Positions 48,754 to 60,196 of a DNA stretch of 64,000 nucleotides are shown one piece after another. Under the pieces are notes generated by a model, which worked only from the letters and a program-made list of their open reading frames with translations, made no database searches and was not told the origin of the DNA. The number at the start of each line of letters is the position of its first letter. Position 1 is the stretch's first letter. A program made the translations under genes and the position numbers. This DNA comes from Candidatus Altimarinota bacterium (GTDB lineage Bacteria; Patescibacteriota; Gracilibacteria; BD1-5; UBA6164), in contig JALSMB010000008.1 of assembly GCA_026988025.1 (NCBI GenBank), positions 1,335 to 65,334 of the forward strand, written 5' to 3'.

Positions 48754-49407
48754 ATGAAAAGACCAGATAATCCATACAAAATAAAAGTTGAAAATCATAA
48801 TAAAATAATGGCTTTTGAAAAAGATTTTTTTAATAAATTTCAGTGAAAATGGAATGATTTTTTTTGAAATCAAAATCCAATTATTCTTGAAATATGAACA
48901 GGAATGTGAAATTTTTTTTCTAAGGAATCATCTAGAAATTTAGATAAAAATTTTATATGAATCGAACTTAAATATAAGAGACTTTATAATTCTGCAGAAA
49001 AATCTATAGAACTTTGAACTAAAAATTTTATAATGCTAAAAACTTTTGCTCAAAATATTGATAAGATTTTTTGAAAAGAAGAATTAGATAAAACTTATGT
49101 ATTTTTTCCTGATCCATGGGGGAAAAAAGATAGACAAAAAAAACATAGGCTATTTCAAGAAAAATTTATTAAGGATTTATATGAAAAAACAAAAATTTGA
49201 TGAAAACTAGTTTTTAAAACTGATCATTTAGAATATTTTGATACTACTATTTCTTTATTTAAAGAGATATGATTGTGGAAAATAAATATTTTATCAAATG
49301 ATTATGAAAATGAACTTGAACATTTTGAAACTAAAGAAATGACAGAATTTGAACATATTTTCAGAAAAGATAGAGTAAAAATAAATTATGTAGAATTTGA
49401 AAAGTAA
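48754..49407 (+). CDS. trmB: tRNA (guanine46-N7)-methyltransferase
   Basis: ILEIGTGMGNF, FFPDPWGKKDRQKKHRL and KLVFKTDH. Confidence 0.88.
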
Positions 49408-49438
49408 AAGAACTTAGAATTTTTAAAGTTCTTTTTTG
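49407..49438 (+). terminator. Rho-independent terminator
   Basis: aaaagaactt / aagttctttt stem with a 10-nt loop and a T tail. Confidence 0.7.
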
Positions 49439-49489
49439 ATTTTAAAATATTTATGTTATTATAATGATAATAATTCTTAGTAAAAATAT

Positions 49490-51589
49490 ATGACTAATTT
49501 TTTTAATATAAATTCTGTTGCAATAGTTGGTGCATCTGAAATAGAATGAAAAATAGGTAATAGCTTAGTAAAAAACTTATCTAGTTTTAAATGAAATAAA
49601 TATTGAGTAAATCCTAAATGATGAAGTTTTGAAGAAATAGTATTTTATAAATCTATTAGTGAACTACCAGAAGTTGTTGATGTTTTAGTTTTTTCTATTC
49701 CAGCAAAATTTGTTATTAATTCTTTAATTGAGGCTTGAAAAAAATGAGTAGAGAGAGTTATAGTTATTTCAGCTGGATTTAAAGAAGTATGAAATATAAA
49801 ACTTGAAAAAGAATTGATAGAAATATCAAAGAAATATGATATAGAATTACTTTGACCAAATTGTTTATGATATGTAGATACTGCTAAAAATTTAAATTTG
49901 AGTTTTTTAGCAAAATCTATAAATGCTTGTTCTACTAAAAATTGTCAAAATATAGCTATGGTTTCTCAAAGCTGAGCTATGGCAGTAGCTCTTACGGATT
50001 GGGCAAATTCTAGAAAAATGTGATTTTCAAAAATGGTTTCTATGTGAAATAAAGCATGAATAAATGAAAATGATTTATTGTTAGAATTAAAAGATGATAA
50101 AGAAACAAAAGTTATTTCTCTTTATCTAGAAAGTATAGAATTAGGAGAAGATTTTTCAAAAATAACTAAAGAACTTTCTAAACAAAAGCCTATAATATTA
50201 GTAAAATCTTGAGTTTCAGAAAAATGAAGTAGTGCTGCTAGTTCTCATACTTGAGCATTAGCTTCAAATAGAGATGTACTAGAAACAGCTTTTAAAACTT
50301 CTTGAATTCATTTTACTCAATCTCTTGAAAATTTCTTTTTATGGAGTCAAATTTTTTCAAAAGTAGAAGATATTTCTAAAGTTCCAGAAGAATTAGTTAT
50401 TATTACAAATGCATGATGACCTGCAGTAATGGCTACAGATCATACTGAAACTTATGGAGTAAGTTTAGCAGAATTTAGTGATTCAGAAAAAAATATTTTA
50501 AAAAATTGACTACCAGATTCAGCATCAGTTGCAAATCCAATAGATATTATATGAGATGCTACAAGCAAAACTTATGCACAAATACTTAACAATTTATCAA
50601 AAATTGTTAAAAAGAGAGCAATTTTAGTTATGCTTACTGCTCAATCTATTACAGATGTTGAAAATATAGCAAATACAATAATTGATTTTAAAATTTCTAA
50701 TCCAGATGAATTTATAATGGTTTCATTTATGGGTTGAGAATGAGTAGAAAGAGGAAGAGAAATATTATCAAATGCTTGAATTTTGGAATATGATTATCCT
50801 AAAAAAGCTATTAGAGCATATTCTAGATTATTAATTCAAAAAAAATGGCAAAATCAAGAAGAAAAAGAATATATTAGTTTTGCTTTACCAAAAAATTTAG
50901 ATGAATTAAAAGATGAACTAAAAAATGAAGATAAGTTTTGTTCAAATGCATTAACTGAAAAAATTCTTAAATCATTTAATATAAATACTATAACTGAAAT
51001 TTTAACTAATTCTGAAGATGAAGTAAGAAATGCTGTAAAAAAATTAAACAGAGAGGTATTAGTTGCAAGAATAAGTTCTCCAGATATTCCACATAAAACT
51101 GATGTTTGAGGAGTTATTTTAAATATAAAATGAGAAGAAGAAGCAGTAAAAGCTTATAATAAAATACTTAATAATATAAAACAAAAAGCTAATTGAGCTT
51201 TGATTAAATGAATTACTTTTTCTGAAATGGCTATTAAAAGTGATTCTTCTAAACAACTTTTTGTATGATTTAAGAGAGATATATCTTTTTGAAACATTTT
51301 GATAGTAGGTATGTGATGAATTTTTGTAAATATATTTGAAGATGTATCTAGAAGAATTTGATTAGTATCAAAAAATGAAATAATGGAAATGTTAAAAGAA
51401 TTAAAAGCTTTTCCAATATTAAATTGATACAGATGAGAAAATGGAATAAATTTTGATAAATTAATAGAGATAATTTTTAATCTACAATTTGTATTTAAAG
51501 AATTTAAAAATATAAAAGAAATAGATATAAATCCTATAATATCAGATGAAAATGATAGTATAGTTGTAGATGCAAAATTTTATTTATAA
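49490..51589 (+). CDS. ADP-forming acetyl-CoA synthetase (fused alpha/beta, NDP-forming acyl-CoA synthetase family)
   Basis: VAIVGASEIEGKIGN, ISAGFKEVG, LGPNCLGY, MVSQSGA and SSHTGALAS, plus a C-terminal ATP-grasp half (VARISSPDIPHKTDVGGV). Confidence 0.85.
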
Positions 51590-51621
51590 AAAAGTAGTTA
51601 TTTTAAAATAACTACTTTTTT
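51590..51621. terminator. Bidirectional terminator hairpin
   Basis: Perfect 15+15 palindrome aaaagtagttatttt|aaaataactactttt. Overlaps the 3' end of the minus-strand gene. Confidence 0.7.
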
Positions 51622-52251
51622 ATGCACTAATATTTTTAGAAAAATCCATAATATTATTATTAATAATTCAGAAATATCTCACTTTAATGTATATACATGT
51701 AAAACTGAAAATATAAAAAATAAATAAGTAAGCTTTTGTATATATTTCCATTTAGATTTTAGTATTTTTTGACTTATATTATTTGATGTTATAAAAGGGA
51801 AAAACATAAATATAGTTCACCATATTCACCAGAAATAAAAACTTCATAAATTAAATATTTTTTTATTTAAAAAATCAAATACATTAATATTATTTTTAAT
51901 GAAAAATCATATAATATGAGCTATTAAAAAATTTCATATAATTATTCATATTTCTCTTCTTAATAATATTATTTTGGATAAAATTTTGATTTTAGGAAAG
52001 ATTTTAAATAAAGGAGAAATTAATAATATAAAAATTAATAAATTATAAGAATATTCTCAAAAATCTTTGAATGACTTTGGATAAATAAAAATAGTAAATC
52101 ATATTAATGAAATATAAATTAAATATCTTTTAATAAACTGAAAATATGGAATATTTCAGTCTATTATTATATCTATTAATAAATATTTAGTATACTTATT
52201 TTTTTCTGATAATTTTATTAATTTATTGAAAAATTCATTTATTTGGTTCAT
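51598..52251 (-). CDS. Polytopic membrane protein, ferric-reductase / MsrQ-like (tentative)
   Basis: 218 codons with about 6 hydrophobic helices and conserved-looking His residues (LIAHIIGFF, SVLHVYT). The family call is tentative. Confidence 0.35.
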
Positions 52252-52376
52252 TTATTATTATTATTATATTTATATTAAATAAATATTAACTTATTATAAT
52301 AATTTTTCAATTATTATTTTGATAAAAATTAAAAAATTATATAATAAAAATAATTAATTTTTAATAAAAAAATATT

Positions 52377-52595
52377 ATGAGAATATTAGCTATAATACTT
52401 AGAGTATTGATAATAGTTATTTGATTTAAAATGTTGTCATTATCAAACTGGACTCCAGATACAGCACCTTTTTGTAGTTGAATTTGATTTATAGCAATTG
52501 GTATATATTTTGCTATTCAAGCAATTAAGTGACCTAAATCTACACTTTGTCCTGTAGTACATTGATTAAAATATGATACTCCTTGTAAAAAATAA
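52377..52595 (+). CDS. Small Cys-containing membrane protein (72 aa)
   Basis: Two TM segments plus Cys residues (APFCSG, TLCPVVHG, TPCKK). Confidence 0.4.
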
Positions 52596-52622
52596 TTAAT
52601 TTAATATTTAGAAAACAAAAAA

Positions 52623-53477
52623 ATGAAAAATTATCAATTTATAACTTTAATAGTTTTAATTTTAATAGGAATAGGTTCTACACACTATGTTTTATCTCAA
52701 GTTCCAGATAAAATAGTAGGGAAAATGCTTGCTATTGAATATGATAAAGTAGGTTGAATAAAAAACTATGTAAAAATAAATAAAATTCAAAAAGAACAAA
52801 TAATAGAATGATTAAAACAATATGAAGCACAAAATTGAAATATTGATACTCAAAATATTGTTCAAGAAAATCCTAAACAAGCTAATAATAATTGAAATAC
52901 AATATCTTTAGAACAAGCTAAAAAAGTTATTTGAGAAAATACATATGTTTTATGAAATCCAGATGCTGAAATATCTTTTGTAGAATATAGTGATTTAGAA
53001 TGTCCATTTTGTAAAAGATTACATGAATCTTGAACTATAGAACAAGTTTTAAAAGAATATTGAGATAAAGTAAATTTTATATTTAAACAATTTCCTTTAG
53101 GGTTTCATCCACAAGCACAAATGGAGGCAGAAGCAGCACTATGTGTATGAGATATATCTTGAAGTGATAAGTATTATGAATTTATAACTAATGTTTTTAA
53201 AAATTCTAAAGCTAATTGAAATAGTTATTCAATAGAAACTATAGTTGATTTAGCTTGAAATATTTGAGTTGATAAAGAAAAATTATCTGCTTGTATAAAA
53301 GCTTGAACAAATAAAGAATTAGCAAAACAACAAACACAAGAAGGTTCTAGTTTATTTGGAATTACATGAACTCCTTGAAATGTTTTTATAAATAATAAAA
53401 CTTGAGAATGGTCTAAACTTCCTTGAGCATATCCATTTGCTTCATTTAAACAAAAAATTGATTCTTTAATAAAATAA
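52623..53477 (+). CDS. DsbA-family thiol:disulfide oxidoreductase
   Basis: N-terminal anchor, thioredoxin motif YSDLECPFCKRLH, and GITGTPGNVFIN (cis-Pro loop). Confidence 0.8.
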
Positions 53478-53483
53478 AATTTT

Positions 53484-53512
53484 AAAAGTAGTTATTTATT
53501 TAGCTACTTTTT
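53484..53512 (+). terminator. Rho-independent terminator
   Basis: aaaagtag / ctactttt stem followed by a T run. Confidence 0.55.
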
Positions 53513-53535
53513 AGTTTATAATTTAATAAAAAAAT

Positions 53536-54081
53536 ATGAAAAAATTAATAATAACAGCTGCTCCAAATAAAAGTAGTTTTACACATGCTATAGCTGATAG
53601 AATAAAAGAAAAAAATAATAATTCTGAAATATTAAATTTATATTCTAATGATTATAAATTAGATTTTCTAGATTTTCAAAATAAAAGAGAAATGACTTTA
53701 ACTGATTGAATTAAAAAAATACAAGAAAAAATTACTGATTCAGATGAAATAATTTTTGTATTTCCAGTATGGTGGGGAGGAATGCCTGCTATTATGAAAA
53801 ATATGTTTGATTCAGTTTTTATTTCATGATTTGCATTTGAATATTGAGCAGAATGAAAAAAAGAATTATTAACTGATAAAATTTGAACTGTTATTGCTAC
53901 ATGTGATGCTCCAGCTAATATTTATTTAGAAAATAGTGACTGGACTTGAGTAAACTTAAAAACTTATTTTGAAAAATCATTATTTTGATTTTGTGGAATA
54001 AAAATGTGAGATTTTAAATTATTTTGAGAATTAAGAGCTAGTAGTGAATCAGATAGAAAAGAATTTTTAGAAAATTTATAA
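53536..54081 (+). CDS. NAD(P)H-dependent oxidoreductase (flavodoxin-like fold, quinone reductase family)
   Basis: DEIIFVFPVWWGGMPAIMKNMFD is typical of the Flavodoxin_2 family. Confidence 0.7.
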
Positions 54082-54171
54082 ATTAATTTTTAAATTTAAG
54101 TATTTTTAAATACTAAATAATTATGAAATTCATGATAGAAAAATAAATTTATTATTTAAATATAAATAAAT

Positions 54172-54612
54172 ATGAAAAAAATACTAATTTTAATATTTTT
54201 AGTTTGATTATTAAGTTCTTGTTGAAATACTAATTTAGTAAATAATATTAATAACAATAAAAATATTATTGAGAGTAAAGTTATTAATAATTTAAAAACT
54301 GTATGACCATCAGAATTTAAAAAAGAACTTGCTAAAAATGATTGAGTTTTAATTGATTTAAGAACTTTTGAAGAAGTTTCAAATTGAGTAATTCCTTGAG
54401 TTAAATTAAATTTAGATTATTATTCTACTAATTTTAAAGAAGAATTAAATTCATTAGATAAAAATAAAAAATATTTAATTTATTGTAGAAGTGGACATAG
54501 AAGTGGAAATACTTTTGAATTGATGAAAAAATTATGATTTAAAAATGTTATAAATCTAAATTGATGAATTAATAATTGGATAAAGAATTGATTAAATATA
54601 GAAAAATTATAA
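54172..54612 (+). CDS. Rhodanese-domain lipoprotein
   Basis: Lipobox LLSSC and active-site loop YCRSGHRSG. Confidence 0.8.
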
Positions 54613-54628
54613 CTATAACTAAAATCTA

Positions 54629-55378
54629 ATGACTATTTTTGATATTACATTACTTTGAATACATATTGCACCATCATATTATTGATTGATGTATGCTTTA
54701 TGATTTATTATTTGATACTATATTATAAAAAAAAGATGAATTATTTCAGTAAATAATTTAGATGATTTATTTACATATGTATTTTTAGGTGTTATTTTAG
54801 GTTGAAGATTAGGTTATACTTTGTTTTATAATTTTTCATATTATATAAATAATCCTTTAGATATTTTTAAAGTTTGGGAATGATGAATGAGTTTTCATGG
54901 TTGAGTTATATGAGTAGTTATAGCTTTAATTATTTTTTCAAAAGTAAAAAAAATAAATATTTGGAAATTAGGAGATGAAGTTGTAGCAGTTCTACCTATA
55001 TGACTTTGATTAGGTAGAATTTGAAATTATTTAAATAAAGAATTACTTTGATATTCACCATATAATTGATTTCTAGCTGTAGAAAAATGATGAATTTCAT
55101 ATTTTCCATCTCCACTTTTAGAATCATTTTTAGAATGAGGAGTATTATTTATTATTTTATACTTTGTTTATAAAAAGAGAAAATTTTACTGACAAATAGT
55201 TGCTTTATTTTTAATTTTTTATGGAATATTTAGAATATTTGTTGAAGCATTTTTTAGAACTCCTGATGTTCAAATAGGTTATATAATGTGATATTTTACT
55301 ATGTGAGAAATATTATCTTTACCTATGATTTTAATTTGAATTTATATTTATATTAAAAATAAAAAAAATATTATCTAA
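54629..55378 (+). CDS. lgt: Prolipoprotein diacylglyceryl transferase
   Basis: GGRLGY, VWEGGMSFHGG and GLGRIGNYLNKELLG. Confidence 0.88.
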
Positions 55379-55450
55379 TTATTTGGTAAAATACAAAAAA
55401 ATAGGTTACAATATATATGTAATCTATTTTTATTTTATAAATATTTAATT

Positions 55451-55996
55451 ATGGCAAAATATTTAAGTGAAGAGTGTGATTCTATTGTTAAATCTGAAAA
55501 ATGAGTTTGGTATATTATTCCTATTAAAAAACTTAGAGAAACTACAAGTGTGGAATTTGATGCTTTCCCTTTATTTAGAGAGATAAATGGTATTGATATT
55601 GTAAAACATGAACCTGGTGCTAGATCTCCTAGTTTACCAGATGGTGACTATGATGTATGGTATATGCATCCAGGTCAAGAAGATAATTTAATAACTCTTT
55701 GTGGGAATAGAACTGTAGAATTATATAATCCAAATACAAAAAAAATAGAAGTATTTGAAATTTCTCATGAGCAAATAAAATTAAATTGAGAATTAATTCA
55801 TAAATGACCAGCTATTTTAGGTTGGAATGAATGAATTTTTCATAGAAATCATTCTCCAGAAGGTTCAGTTAGTCAAAACTTTGCTGTTAGAGATGAAAAA
55901 TTTAATATTGATACTGAATTTAATATTTATAAATTAGATTTAGAAACAGGAGAATATTCAGTTGCTAGGATATGAAAACTTGATCAACCAAAATAA
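55451..55996 (+). CDS. Cupin-like hypothetical protein
   Basis: 181 codons. DVWYMHPGQEDNLITLCG and FHRNHSPEG are cupin-type His/Glu blocks. Confidence 0.4.
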
Positions 55997-56057
55997 TTGT
56001 TTGATTTTATAATGAGAATAAATATCATTATAATACTTAATTAATAAAAAATAATAA

Positions 56058-57314
56058 ATGACTGATAAATTAAATCCTTTTTTAAATGCAAGGAGACAAA
56101 TAAAACAAGCTTGTGAACTATATTGAAATTGTAAAGCTGATATAAATCAATATGAATTAATATCTAGTCCTAAAAGAATAATTGAAATAAATATTCCAGT
56201 TAGAATGGATAATTGAATTATTAAGACTTTTACATGATTTAGATCTCAACATAATAATGCTAGATGACCTTTTAAATGAGGTATTAGATTTCATCAAGAT
56301 GTATCTAGAGATGAAGTAAAAGCTTTGTCAATGTGGATGACTTTTAAATGTGCTGTTATTGATATTCCATTATGAGGAGGGAAATGATGAATTATAGTTA
56401 ATCCAAAAGAATTATCTAAATGAGAATTAGAAAGATTATCTAGATGATATGTTAGAGAATTATATAAATATATAGGACCAGAACTTGATATTCCAGCACC
56501 AGATGTTAATACTACACCACAAATTATGACATGGATGATGGATGAATATTCTGAGCTTGTTTGAAAATATTCTCCTGGTAGTTTTACTGGTAAACCATTA
56601 ACTTCGGGTTGATCAAAAGGTAGATGAAGAGCAACAGCTCAATGAGGATTTTATGTTTTAGAAGAAATTTTAAAACTTGAAAAAGATGAGATAAAATGAA
56701 AAAAGATAGTTATTCAATGAGCAGGTAATGCTTGATTAACTATGGCTGATATTGTTTGTAAAGCTTGAGCTATTTTAGTAGGTATTTCAGATTCAAAATG
56801 AGGAATCTATAATGAAAAAGGTTTATTCATAGATAAAATTCTTAGATTAAAAGAAGAAAGAAAATCAGTAATAGAATATTTAGATGCTGAAAAATTAAAT
56901 AACTGAGATATTTTAGAAAAAGAATGTGACATACTTATTCCAGCAGCACTTGAAAATCAAATTACAGAAAAAAATGCTGATAAAATAAAAGCTAAACTTA
57001 TTTTAGAATTAGCAAATTGACCAATTACTCCAGAATGAGATGAAATTTTATTTAAAAAAGATGTAATGGTTATACCAGATATATTAGCAAATTCAGGATG
57101 AGTTATGGTTTCATATTTTGAACAAGTACAAAATAATATAAATTTTTACTGGGAAGAAGAAGAAGTTGATATGAAACTTCATAAAAAGATAACTCATGCA
57201 GCAAATGCAGTTTATGAAATTGCAAAGCAAACAAATACTCATTTGAGAAATGGTGCATATATAGTAGCTATGAAAAGAGTTTTAGATGCTATGAAAGATA
57301 GATGAGAATTTTAA
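56058..57314 (+). CDS. gdh: Glutamate dehydrogenase (Glu/Leu/Phe/Val dehydrogenase family)
   Basis: [48 protein letters not shown] and the Rossmann motif IQGAGNAG. Confidence 0.9.
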
Positions 57315-57320
57315 TTTAAG

Positions 57321-57351
57321 AAAAAAGAATACATTTTTGTATTCTTTTTTG
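57321..57351 (+). terminator. Rho-independent terminator
   Basis: aaaagaataca / tgtattctttt stem with a 4-nt loop and a T tail. Confidence 0.8.
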
Positions 57352-57400
57352 ATTTATGATATTATTATATAAATAAAGTTTATTTATATAATAATATATT

Positions 57401-57964
57401 ATGACTATTATAAACAATGGTGTTAGAAAAATGTCTTTAATGGAAGAATTAGAGAAAAAAGCACTATATTGAGAAGCATTAGAAAGCGAAATAGCTACAG
57501 ATTTAAATTTGTTAAGAGATCGTATTTCAGGAGATATAAAAAATTTATTATTTGATGATTTGGAAACAAAGCTTGAATATGCTAAAAATAAATGATTAAA
57601 TATAGATAAATTAAAAGATCAATTTAATGAATTTAGAATTACATCATTTAAAAGAGATATTGAGAAAAAAATAGAAGATATTAAAGAAAAATGAAATGTT
57701 TTTAATACTGATACAACTGATATTTTTAATGAATATAGAGTCTTAAGTAGAATAGAATGAATAGATAAAGAAGAATTAAAAAGAATAATTGATAATCTAG
57801 ATGTAGAAATACAAAAATGAAGATTATTATTAAAGATAAAAGATATAGCTAGTTCATGATGAACTTCAGTTTATAATTTAGAAGATATTCAATTAGAATA
57901 TTCAAAATTAAAAGATAGAGAAATTGATGTATCAGAAATAGAAGAAATATTATTTGAAATTTAA
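57401..57964 (+). CDS. Coiled-coil hypothetical protein
   Basis: 187 codons with heptad-like Glu/Lys/Leu-rich sequence. Confidence 0.45.
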
Positions 57965-57967
57965 AAT

Positions 57968-58009
57968 AAAAGAGATTATTTATACTATAAATAATCTCTT
58001 TTATTTTTT
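57968..58009 (+). terminator. Rho-independent terminator
   Basis: Perfect 16-bp stem aaaagagattatttat / ataaataatctctttt with a 3-nt loop and a T run. Confidence 0.8.
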
Positions 58010-58071
58010 GTTAAATATTAAGTTTCTTTTTTATTTTTTTTGTGTACAATAGTCAAAATTTTAATATTAAT

Positions 58072-59538
58072 ATGTGAAAAATGGCAAAACCAAATGAGAC
58101 AGTAATAGGTTTTAAAAATGTTGATTTCAATTATGATATCAGAAAACCTATTTTAGATGAAGTAAATTTTAATGTAAGAAAATGAGCTAAAATTACTTTA
58201 ATGGGTCAAAATTGAGCTTGAAAATCTACTATTTTTAAGCTTATTAATGGTACTTTAGAAAAAACTTGATGAGTTATTAATATTGATCAAAAACTTACTA
58301 TTGCTACATGATTTCAAGTTGTAAAAGCTGAAGATAAAGAATTATCAGTATTTGATTATTTTGTTAAATATGCAACTAAAAATAACGAAACAAGTATAGA
58401 AAAACAAATAGCAGATATTTTAAATGTTGTAAATTTAAAAGTAAAAGATAATAGTAAAAAAATATCAGCTTTTTCAGGTGGACAACAAGCTAGACTTTTA
58501 TTAGCGGCAGCACTTATTTGAGAACCAGATATATTATTACTTGATGAACCAACTAATAATTTAGATACAGATGGAATTTGGCATTTAACTGAATTTTTAC
58601 AAAATTATAAAAATACAGTTATAGTTATTTCTCATGATGCTGAGTTTTTAAATAGTTTTACTACATGAGTATTATATTTAGATGTTCATAATCATAGAGT
58701 AGAACAATTTGTATGAGATTATCATGATGTAGTGGAAAAAATTGCTAAAAACATGGAAAAAGAAAATATGGCAAATGCTAGACTTGCAAAAGAAGCACAA
58801 GCAAAAAAAGATCAATCTAATGTTTTTGCACATAAATGAGGTAAATTAAGAGCTGTAGCAAAAAAGATGAAAGAAGCAGCAGCTGAAATGGAAGAAGCAA
58901 TGGTTGATACAAGAAAAGAAGATAAAACTATTAAAGATTTTACTATTCCTATGCAAGAATGAGTAGGGTGAGTTTTATTAGATATACACTCTGTGCATAT
59001 AATTCAACATGATGAAGTAACTGTTAGAGATGTAGAAATCCAAATCAGAAAAGATGATCATTTACAATTAGCATGACCAAATGGTATTTGAAAATCTACT
59101 TTACTTGAAAAAATAGTTAACTGAGATGAATCAGGTGCAACTTTATGAGAATGAGTTAAAATTGGTTATTATAGACAAGATTTTTCAAACCTAGATTTTA
59201 AACAAACAGTAATTGAATGTTTAAGAGAAGCAGCATGAGAAGAAATGACTGAACAAGATTTAAGATCCAAAGCAGCATGATTTCTTATAAATGGTGATTT
59301 AATGAAAACTGAAATTTGATTTTTATCGGAAGGGCAAAAAGGGCTTGTTGCATTTTGTAGAATAGTATTCTTAAAACCAGGTTTAATAATTCTTGATGAG
59401 CCTACTAATCATATAAATTTTAGACATATTCCTGTAATTGCTAAAGCATTAGATGAATATAAAGGTGGTATGATACTAGTTTCACATGTAAATGAGTTTG
59501 TATGGCAAATAAGAATGGATCAATATTTGGATTTATAA
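58072..59538 (+). CDS. ABC-F family ATPase (two ABC cassettes, no TMD)
   Basis: GQNGAGKST, FSGGQQARL and LLLDEPTNNLD in the first cassette. GPNGIGKST, LSEGQKG and IILDEPTNHINF in the second. An alternative start lies at 58081. Confidence 0.85.
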
Positions 59539-59607
59539 AAAATATTGACATAAATTATAATTTTATTATATTTCTGCTCCAAACAAAAATAAAAGAAGGA
59601 TATTAAT

Positions 59608-60030
59608 ATGAAAAAAGAAAAGAATAATTCTTATTTTTCAGATTTAAAAGAAGGAGATATGCTTTATGGTTTACTTTTTGGTAAAGGTAAAGTTGTAAAT
59701 GTATATGGTAAAGATGATTTTTATTATTTTGAGGTAGAATATAATAATAATTGCAATGTTCATTATACTATTGATGGTTTTCCAAATTGGGGAAATTTTG
59801 ATGAACAGACGGTTTTTTATCAAGATGATATAAATATCATAGATTATGATATTTCTCCAATTAGCAAGGTTCTTAGTATTAAACAGATAATTAAGCTTAT
59901 AAGTAAAAATAAGCTTGAAATAAGAACAAAAAGTGGTATATGGAGAGATTTCTGTAAAACTCCACATGATTATAGAGAAGAAACCCTTGAAAATAAACAT
60001 TTTCATCTTTTTAGAAAAAGACCTAGTTAA
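59608..60030 (+). CDS. Hypothetical protein (140 aa)
   Basis: Intact ORF even under the standard code. No motif recognised. Confidence 0.5.
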   Translation: MKKEKNNSYFSDLKEGDMLYGLLFGKGKVVNVYGKDDFYYFEVEYNNNCNVHYTIDGFPNWGNFDEQTVFYQDDINIIDYDISPISKVLSIKQIIKLISKNKLEIRTKSGIWRDFCKTPHDYREETLENKHFHLFRKRPS

Positions 60031-60049
60031 ATCTGGGTCTTTATTTTTA
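60017..60049 (+). terminator. Rho-independent terminator
   Basis: aaagacctag / ctgggtcttt stem (one G-U pair) with a T-rich tail. Similar in sequence to the terminator at 62709. Confidence 0.6.
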
Positions 60050-60061
60050 TAGTATTTTTTA

Positions 60062-60196
60062 ATGGTAGGCAGTAGTACAGAAGATTAGAACTGAAATAGA
60101 AGAATTTGAGTGATATGTAAATATAGCTAAATTGCATTAAAAAGGATAATATGCTAAAATTATTATACTAAATAAATAATAATTTTAGTAAATGGA
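60062..60196 (+). repeat. Copy A of the duplicated upstream leader of the toxin cassettes
   Basis: Aligns with 62833-62967. The last 85 nt (60112-60196) are identical to 62883-62967. Confidence 0.9.
60132..60160 (+). promoter_or_regulatory. Sigma-70-type promoter candidate (TTGCAT-N17-TAAAAT)
   Basis: -35 at 60132-60137 and -10 at 60155-60160, about 30 nt upstream of ATG 60192. Conserved base for base at 62903-62931. Confidence 0.55.

Noticed and set aside
59608-60030. A 140-codon gene with eight Gly codons and no TGA, which could be foreign or phage-derived DNA using the standard code.
   Set aside because: Native core genes also contain long TGA-free stretches with many GGN glycines, for example atpD 8815-9318. 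The absence is therefore not statistically compelling by eye. No integrase or phage genes lie nearby.
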